A stretch of 34,237 nt of DNA from the NCBI GenBank assembly GCA_002269645.1, contig NIVC01004819.1, forward strand, positions 1 through 34,237, in the 5' to 3' direction. Shown one piece after another: positions 10,763-19,132 of the stretch (position 1 is the first letter of the stretch; each line of letters starts with the position of its first letter). The notes beneath the pieces are model-generated. The model saw only the letters and a program-made list of their open reading frames with translations, was not told the DNA's origin and ran no database searches. The stretch is from Macrostomum lignano (lineage: Eukaryota). The position numbers and the translations under genes were made by a program.

Positions 10763-12420
10763 GCGTCATGTAAAAAAATCATTGAAGCGTCATGTAAAAA
10801 ATCATAGAAGCGTCATGAAACAATCATAGAAGCGTCATGTAAAAATCATAGAAGCGTCATGTAAACAATCATAGAAGCGTCATTTAAAAAATCATTGAAG
10901 CGTCATGTAAAAATCATAGAAGCGTCATGTAAACAATCATTGAATCGTCATGAAACAATCATAGAAGCGTCATGAAACAATCATAGAAGCGTCATGTAAA
11001 CAATCATAGAAGCGTCATGTAAACAATCATAGAAGCGTCATGTAAAAAGCATAGAAGCGTCATGTAAAAAGCATAGAAACGTCATATAAAACTCATAGAA
11101 GCGTCATGTAAAAAAATCATAGAAGCGTCATGTAAACAATCATAGAAGCGTAATGTAAAAAAATCATAGAAGCGTCATGTAAACAATCATAGAAGCGTCC
11201 TATAAAAATCATAGAAGCGTCATGTAAAAAATCATAGAAGCGTCATGTAAACAATCATAGAAGCGTCATGTAAACCATCATAGAAGCGTCATGTAAACAA
11301 TCATAGAAGCGTCATGTAAAAATCATAGAAGTGTCATGTAAAAAATCATAGAAGCGTCATGTAAAAAATCATAGAAGCGTCATGTAAAAAATCATAGAAG
11401 CGTCATGTAAAAATCATAGAAGTGTCATATAAACAATCATAGAAGCGTCATGTAAAAAATCATAGAAGCGTCATTTAAAAAATCATTGAAGCGTCATGTA
11501 AAAAATCATAGAAGCGTCATGTAAACAATCATAGAAGCGTCATGAAACAATCATAGAAGCGTCATGTAAACAATCATAGAAGCGTCATGTAAAAATCATA
11601 GAAGCGTCATGTAAAAAGCATAGAAACGTCATATAAAACTCATAGAAGCGTCATGTAAAAAAATCATAGAAGCGTCATGTAAACAATCATAGAAGCGTAA
11701 TGTAAAAAAATCATAGAAGCGTCATGTAAACAATCATAGAAGCGTCCTATAAAAATCATAGAAGCGTCATGTAAACAATCATAGAAGCGTCATGTAAACC
11801 ATCATAGAAGCGTCATGTAAACAATCATAGAAGCGTCATGTAAAAATCATAGAAGTGTCATGTAAAAAATCATAGAAGCGTCATGTAAAAATCATAGAAG
11901 CGTCATATAAAACTCATAGAAGCGTCATTAAAAATCATAGAAGCGTCAATGTAAACAATCATAGAAGCGTCATATAAAAAATCATAGAAGCGTCATGTAA
12001 ACAATCATAGAAGCGTAATGTAAAAAATCATAGAAGCGTCATGTAAAAATCATAGAAGTGTCATGTAAACAATTATAGAAGCGTCATGTAAAAATCATAG
12101 AAGTGTCATGTAAACAATCATAGAAGCGTCATGAAAAAATCATAGAAGCGTCATGTAAACAATCATCGAAGCGTCATCTAAAAAGTCATAGAAGCGTCAT
12201 GTAAACAATCATAGAAGCGTCATGTAAACAATCATAGAAGCGTCATGAAAAAATCATAGAAGCGTCATGTAAACAATCATCGAAGCGTCATCTAAAAAGT
12301 CATAGAAGCGTCATGTAAAAAATCATAGAAGCGTCATGTAAACAATCATAGAAGCGTCAAGAAAAAATCATAGAAGCCTCATTAAAAACTAATGAAAGTG
12401 TCATTTAAAAAATTAAGAAG
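10763..12420. repeat. 23-bp satellite array, ~72 copies (TCATAGAAGCGTCATGTAAAMAA) inside Helitron
   Basis: 22-24-bp period with variable A-tract. Diagnostic variant blocks recur at a 547-bp offset (11071 and 11618). Confidence 0.97.
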
Positions 12421-12569
12421 CATCATGGTAGAATAAAAGAAGCGTCATGTCAGACATGAAGGGTGTCATGTAAAAATTAAATGAAGCTATAGTGCTGGGC
12501 TAGGGAGAAAAACTGAGACGTCAAGGCTCACAAGAATAACTGAGATTACGGGGGTGGGGTTTCTGAGAT

Positions 12570-13636
12570 GTCAAAGCAAAAGTCAGAAGCTACTTCAAAG
12601 TTCATCTACTTTACTCAATTTTTTATTACATTCTTTGTTGGCTCGCCACAGGGGGGGGCGCTGATAGAAGAAGAGTCATGTAAAAAATAAAAGTAGCACT
12701 ATGTATATGTAAAAGAAGAGTCATGTCGAAGTTAAAAGATTCCTTTGGGAATTGCTACGATGTCAAAGCTTGGTGGAAATCGTTATAGTGCTGTGATTCT
12801 TAAAGAAGGAATCACTAAAATGTCAAGGCTTAGGGGAGAAGAATTGCTGAGATTACAAGACTTTAGGTTGGGTTAAAGTTAGGTTTAGGTCAGGTTTGGG
12901 TTGAGGGTTATATCTTATCGGGTTTCAAGGTTAGCGGGGGGTTTTTAGATTTCAAGGTTTATGGGGGCCATCGCTGACATGTCAAGGCTTACGAGGGGAA
13001 TAGCTGACATGTCAAGGCTCACGGGGGTATAAATGAGATTTCAAGGCTAAAGTCAGAAGCTACATGTAGTTTATTGAAAACTTTTTATTACATTATTTGA
13101 TGCCTCCTCAGGGGAGGGATCGCTGATAAAAAAAGCGTAATGTAAAAAATAAAAGAAGCTTCATGTCGAAGTGAAGAGATGCATTTGGGAATCCCTACGA
13201 TGTTGAGGCTTGCAGGGAATCGCTATAATGCTGTAGTAGTGCAATAATGACTCTTAGAGAGAATTACTGAAATGTCAATGCTTTAGGGTTAGGTTAGGGT
13301 TAGGGTTAGGTTAGGGTTAGGGCTAGGGTTAGGGTTAGGTTAGGGTTAGGGCTAGGGTTAGGTTAGGGTTAGGGCTAGGGTTAGGGTTAGGGTTAGGCTA
13401 GGGTTAGGGTTAGAAGGTTGACAGATATTTTTAGATTTCCAAGGCTTATTGGGGGCATTGCTGAGATGTCAAGGGGGGAAGTTGATATGTTAAAGCTTGT
13501 GGGGGGGGAATTACTGACATTTCAAGGCTGACAAGTTTTGACAGGAGATTTTTTAAGATTTCAAGGATACATGTAGCTTATTAAAAAAACGTGTATTGCA
13601 TTTCTTTGGCTCCCCAACGGGGGCGTAGATTGCTAG
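12570..13636. repeat. ~470-520-bp degenerate tandem unit (2 full + 1 partial) forming the Helitron 3' region
   Basis: AAGTCAGAAGCTAC..TTTTTATTACATT..hairpin..AAGAAG..TCATGTCGAAGT recurs at ~12580 and ~13050; a partial third copy from 13561 ends at CTAG. Confidence 0.8.
13283..13413 (+). repeat. Interstitial telomere-like array (TTAGGG/TTAGG/CTAGGG, ~23 units)
   Basis: Mixed hexamers and pentamers read directly; degenerate counterpart at 12862-12910. Confidence 0.95.
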
Positions 13637-14418
13637 TAATGTATCTAAATGTACTACCTTCTTCAACTAAGTTGACAACATTTACAAGCTAGGCTTAGAA
13701 CTGAACAATATTGGCCTTTTACTGACAAATTTCTAATATAAACTGCAAAAAAATTCTATACAAAGCATCAAACAAATAAAATTTTAATGCCAAATAGAAC
13801 TTAAAAAGGATATTGGTATTGAACTAGCAAAAATGCAAGAAAAGCTCATTTAAAAAAATAATGAATGATATTTACAGTAACAAAAAATCTGTAGCCTATC
13901 TATAGCAACAATGAACTTGGCTAATTAGAGCTGTTTGCAAGCATCTAGAATTTTTATTAAATACCTAGATAGGGCCTAGGGTTACACAAGTTAAATAGAG
14001 TAATTATCTCTGCTAGTGGGGCACGGTGAGTTTTCTTATCATTTGGCTCTGGTGCAATCATTAAAATTGGCTACAAAGTCTTTTGCTACATATAAGTTAA
14101 TAAGAAATACATCATTAAGAAAGCCCATTTAAAGTAGTTTTTCAAATATTTAATCTTTTAGCAATGAGCTAGAGCCTACTAAAAATATATATTGTCATAA
14201 GCACATTTGACATCTTTTGACAAAGAAATAACAAAATTGGTTGAGCCTTGGCTTTATAGAGATAATTGATTGCACACAAGCATACAATTTTTTATTTTAG
14301 GCCTAGTTTACTAGATTTAACTACCAAGGGTTGCATTAAAGGAAAATCAAGGCAGCTTTTTATAATGTTAAAACATTGCATTATGAAAACTCTCTTTTTA
14401 CTACTGATGCTCATGCTC

Positions 14419-15300
14419 ATGCGAACAGACTGGAACTGCTAATGTAGCAACCTGGGTTCAAATCTTAGTAGTGCAAAATGACACCCTTAAAACACAAAAT
14501 GCTAAACATAAAAGAAGCGCAATGTCAAACATAAAAGAGTCACCATGTCAAACATAAAACTGCCACCATGTCAAATATAAAACAGCCACCATGTAATTGT
14601 AAGACATAAAAGAGCCACCATATCAAACATAAAAGAGCTACCATGTCAAAAAATTATTGAGCCACCATGTCAAACATAAAAAAGACACCATTTCAAATGT
14701 AAAAGGGCCGCCATGTCAAACATAGAAGAGCCACCATGTCAAACACAAAAAAGCCACCATGTCAAACATTAAAAAGCCACCATGTCAAACATAAGAGCTA
14801 CATGTCAAACATGCCACCATGTTGAACCCACCACGTCAAACATAAAAGCTACCATGTGAAACATAAAAGAGACACCGTTTCAAACATAAAGAAGTGTCAT
14901 GCCAAACAAAATGGAGCCACTATAAAGCTAAGGAAATTGTTGCGCTAGCTACTGCCTACTTGTTCCTTGGTGGGTGCTTGCTATTTAAGGATGGATACTT
15001 GCTATTAGGGGGGTGCTTGCTATCTGAGGGATGCTTACTATCTGAGGGATGCTTGCTATTGGGGCTGAGGGTACTTGCTATCTGAGAGGGGGTTGCTAGA
15101 CATCTATAAGGTCTCTTCGTATCCAGGTTATGCTTGCTATCTGGGGTTGCTTGCTATCGGGGGATGCTTGCTATCTAGGAAATGCTTGCAGTCTAGGGGA
15201 TACTTGTTATCTGGGGTTGCTTGCTATCTGGAGAATGCTTGCTATCTAGGGGATGCTTGCTATCTAGGGGATGCTTGCTATCTGGGGAATGCTTGCAGTT
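14419..15300 (+). mobile_element. Internal fragment of the same Helitron lineage (both termini missing)
   Basis: Starts with the tRNA-like module shared with 10660-10712, then ~17 x 23-bp CCATGTCAAACATAAAAGAGCCA (14505-14900), the linker GGAGCCACTATA.AGCTAAGGAAATTGT shared with 5620-5650, and the 18-bp G-rich array (14970-15297). Confidence 0.72.
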
Positions 15301-15689
15301 TCTTTCTGCAGAGGGCTAAAGGGGAGCTCTGCGGTTGAGTTCAAATCGGTGCCGTAAATTCTAGGAGTCTAAGTTAATTTAACCAAACTAGGGGTGCGTA
15401 GGGAGTTCCTTCCGCTCAAAGGGGTAGCTGTGTCATAGGTGACTGATTGAATTAAGATGACGCCGTCTTTTATAATGCCGAACAGACAGGGTTTAATGTG
15501 AGCCGATACGGAGACTTAAGTCTAAAAATGAACAAATATATATTCACTGCCACCACGTGGTAATACACGAAGAAACGCCCTAAGACTTGATTAGCTAGAA
15601 TTAGTCTGAGAACTCTCCTTGATTCAAATAAATCGCTAAGGATCAGATAGGTTCAGTAAATCCGAGGTCGATCACAACGTATTGGAAAA

Positions 15690-16218
15690 GGGTCCATGAG
15701 AATTGCCCGAAATTAACGATCGGATTGCCCGCCGAGCTTTTCCCGCCGAGATTTGCCCGCAGTGCATTTTGCCCGTGAGTGAACTGTCCATGAAGGAGTT
15801 GGCCCGTCGAGTTTTTTCCCGCCGAGGTTTTCCCGAAATGCATGCTTTTTTCCTGCAGCGCATATTTAGCCACGCTGTGCAGATTTTGTCTGCATTGCCC
15901 CCAATGCTTAATAACCCCTAGTAATAAGATTTACCAGATCAAAACATTTCGATAGTTACTGCATATCGATTGCATATTTTTCTTGTACATTTAGGTATGC
16001 AGTTCTATATATGCAAGAAGGGGTTACATCAGTGAGCTAATTAATGTATATGCAATGTCGCTTTATTGTCCCCAAAATCTCTTTTAGGATTCACACGGTA
16101 CTAAAGCATTGCAGGGGGGGGGCAATAATGCAGACAAATCTGACGCGTGGCTAAATTCGCTGCAGGAAAAAAGCATTTCTGGCAAACTTTGGCGGGAAAA
16201 AAACTCGACGGGCAACTC
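15690..16218. repeat. Imperfect inverted repeat (~110-bp arms 15800-15910 and 16104-16215) with ~15-bp subrepeats; foldback/TIR-element-like
   Basis: Reverse complement of the left arm (AAGCATTGGGGGCAATGCAGACAAAATCTG..GCTGCAGGAAAAAAGCA..GGCGGGAAAAAACTCGACGGGC) matches the right arm. The left arm extends further with periodic TT(T/G)CCCG motifs. Confidence 0.75.
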
Positions 16219-16246
16219 GTCGAGCACCGCAGGTGCAGGGGATCCC

Positions 16247-16896
16247 TATTTACATATTATTTTTACATACTATTTACTATGTATTACATACCTACATACG
16301 ATTACATATTATTTTTACATATATTTACATATTTACATATTTACATATTCAGATGCAGAGGGCCTGGCCTGGCCGCGGCGCAATTGCTCGGTCGGCCGGT
16401 GCAGCATGGCCATGCAGGGCCAAAGGGACGCGCATCGGGCGGCGCCGGCGCAGAGTAGCGCTCAGGGGCGGAGTTCCAGCGCGGGGCCATCAGAGCGTTG
16501 TTGGTCGCAGGCAATCCGGGTAGTGCACGCCCAGCGCGTAGCGCAGCAGCGATCGGTAAAGCGCATCCAAGGCTCGCTCTCGCGTTTCGATCGGCGGCAC
16601 AGCGTCCATGCCGTACAGCAGGATCGGCTTAACGGCCGCGCGGAACAGGCGCACCTTCAGGTTGTCTCTGGCAGCTGAATTAAAAACGTTCCTGAGGGGG
16701 TGCGCAGCGCGCCAGGCCTGATTCCGATCTGTCGGAGACAATCGCATCGAGGTCCATGCAAGGTAGAGGTCCATCACCTCGCTCACCAGCGCAGCAGGTA
16801 GCTACTCCATAATAAGATAAAAGCCACGCGATCGCAGGCCTAGACACCGAGTCAAACGCCTTGCGAAAGTCGACGAAGATGATTGACACGGAGCGC
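16247..16896 (-). mobile_element. 5'-truncated, internally deleted RTE-like non-LTR retrotransposon with (ATATGTAA)n tail
   Basis: IIFVDFRKAFDSVSR (RT motif), then KVRLFRAAVKPILLYG..ERALDALYRSLLRYAL (post-RT region), frameshifted. Tandem-repeat tail at 16247-16349. TATTTACAT flanks both ends. Confidence 0.82.
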
Positions 16897-16933
16897 TATT
16901 TACATCTATATTTACTTGTACTTTTTATACACA

Positions 16934-16993
16934 GTGAGCCAGTGAGGATCAGTGAGCCAGTGAGCCAGTGAGCCAGTGAGCCAGTGGATTTTT
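16934..16993. repeat. (CAGTGAGC)n 8-bp tract between 15-bp direct repeats
   Basis: TACTTTTTATACACA at 16919-16933 and 16994-17008 brackets about six octamers. Confidence 0.75.
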
Positions 16994-17018
16994 TACTTTT
17001 TATACACATAAAAATTTG

Positions 17019-17620
<602 letters not shown>

Positions 17621-17929
17621 ATATATACATACATATATAATCTAGACTCTTATATGTACACATTTTTGCACACATGTGCATAGAATGCAGGCATGGAAAA
17701 TCCTAATATACGCATGTTTGGAAGAGACTCCTTGAGGCTGTACGCTACAGTTAGATTCGAGGTAGAGAATGAGGTCTGACAATTCTCAGCAATTCGACCG
17801 ACAAGCAAGGTAAGTGAAGAATCGCAGTCCTGATTGGTTCTGATGACCGTGGAGAAGCAGTTTAAATAGATACGCGAGGCAAAATTGACAGAATTTCCGA
17901 CTCCTCATTCGCGTCCGCATAAAGCACTC

Positions 17930-19132
17930 ATGGACCAAGCGACGACTCCGTCATCGGTAACCAGCGACAGCTTTGGCCTTGACCGCTTTTTCCACAGACT
18001 GATGCTTTGCTTGCTAGGCCTTACCGGATTGGTCTCAATTGCTGGGAACAGTCTGCTGATGAAGGCCATTCTCGCTACTCGCAGAGAGCGCCGTAGTCAA
18101 ATCGCTTCGTTGCTAATGAATTTGTGCGGCTGCGACTTAGCCATCGGCGCCCTGGTAGTTCCAATCACAGCCTACCCGTTTATACAGTTCAACTGGAGTC
18201 TTGGCGAGCCAGCCTGCATGTTTGCCTGCTTTGGCAGCGTCTGGCTGATGATCGCCTCTGTCTTTACCTTGACGGCCATCAGTATGCGACGATGCCATGG
18301 CGTCGTGCGTGTAGCTCGAGGCGATGCAGCGGATGCTCAGGAGTCCGGCTTGGGGAGCTTGGCGCTCATCTGGATCCTGGCCGCTGTCTCAGCCCTGCCA
18401 AATGCCGTCAACTACCGTCTGGTGCCTTGCCAGGGCCTTGAAGCCAACGATTCAAATCTTAACGATAGTATCGTCTTTTGCTGCGAGGACAGCTGGAAAC
18501 GCAGCCTGGAGTTGCTTGGATTCGGCAACAACCCTCGTCCGGAAGTTGAGCTGGCAGCTCGAACTATTTATTCAATCTTTATCGTACTCGCAATGCTGCT
18601 GACACCGTTGAGCATCATTACAACAGCTTACCGACGCATCTGTCGTCAAGTTTCCAGCATTGGCCAGAGTCTGCGCGCGCTTGATCAACCAAGGTGTCGC
18701 AACAATCGTTTTAGACAAGATCGGATCGCCCGGTCAAGACGAATTTTTCGACTGTCCGTTGTGCTGACCGGCCTGTTTGCTGTCTGCTGGGCGCCGGCTC
18801 ATCTTTGGAATTTTGCAGCCGATCTCTGCCTACTGGTGATAGTTCTTGGACCTGACCAGCAGCTGCTGCTGCAGCAGCAGTGGCACCTATCGTTTGCCAA
18901 GGACGCCTATCTTGTGATTATGTGGCTAGCTCTGACCAATTCGGCTATTAATCCAGTTTTCCTATTCACCACCGACTCTACATATCGAGCTTGGCTACTG
19001 CGTCAGTTTCGTCGTAACCGCCGTAACCATAGTGACAATGGCAGGCCCGTCGTTAGTTTCAGCCTGGACCGGGACGCAGCTGGGACGCCAATACGGCTGC
19101 AGGTACTGCGGCGGGCCACAGTGGTAGAATAG
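17930..19132 (+). CDS. Intronless class A (rhodopsin-family) GPCR, neuropeptide-receptor-like, 400 aa
   Basis: Seven hydrophobic segments: TM1 GN, TM2 NLCGCD..VVP, TM3 C..TLTAISMRRC, TM4 W..LP, ECL2 Cys, TM5 P..Y, TM6 FAVCWAP, TM7 NSAINP. First ATG at 17930 (17885 is TTG); stop TAG at 19130-19132. Confidence 0.93.
   Translation: MDQATTPSSVTSDSFGLDRFFHRLMLCLLGLTGLVSIAGNSLLMKAILATRRERRSQIASLLMNLCGCDLAIGALVVPITAYPFIQFNWSLGEPACMFACFGSVWLMIASVFTLTAISMRRCHGVVRVARGDAADAQESGLGSLALIWILAAVSALPNAVNYRLVPCQGLEANDSNLNDSIVFCCEDSWKRSLELLGFGNNPRPEVELAARTIYSIFIVLAMLLTPLSIITTAYRRICRQVSSIGQSLRALDQPRCRNNRFRQDRIARSRRIFRLSVVLTGLFAVCWAPAHLWNFAADLCLLVIVLGPDQQLLLQQQWHLSFAKDAYLVIMWLALTNSAINPVFLFTTDSTYRAWLLRQFRRNRRNHSDNGRPVVSFSLDRDAAGTPIRLQVLRRATVVE

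Larger units (their letters stand above)
10126..13636 (+). mobile_element. Apparently complete non-autonomous Helitron (3511 bp)
   Basis: 5' end A|TCCTATATACTAAAAATGGTCTGTC then (TATC)n and AAAATGGCTGGACCGATTTTC, a typical Helitron-N head. 3' end is hairpin GC-T-CCCC-AAC-GGGGGC (13609-13624), 8 nt, CTAG|T. A/T target, no TSD, no RepHel ORF. Confidence 0.8.

Noticed and set aside
13283-13413. True telomere or chromosome fusion site
   Set aside because: Short, single orientation, mixed units, and embedded in a tandem unit of a Helitron with a degenerate counterpart upstream.
17885-17929. GPCR start at 17885
   Set aside because: That codon is TTG; the first ATG is at 17930.
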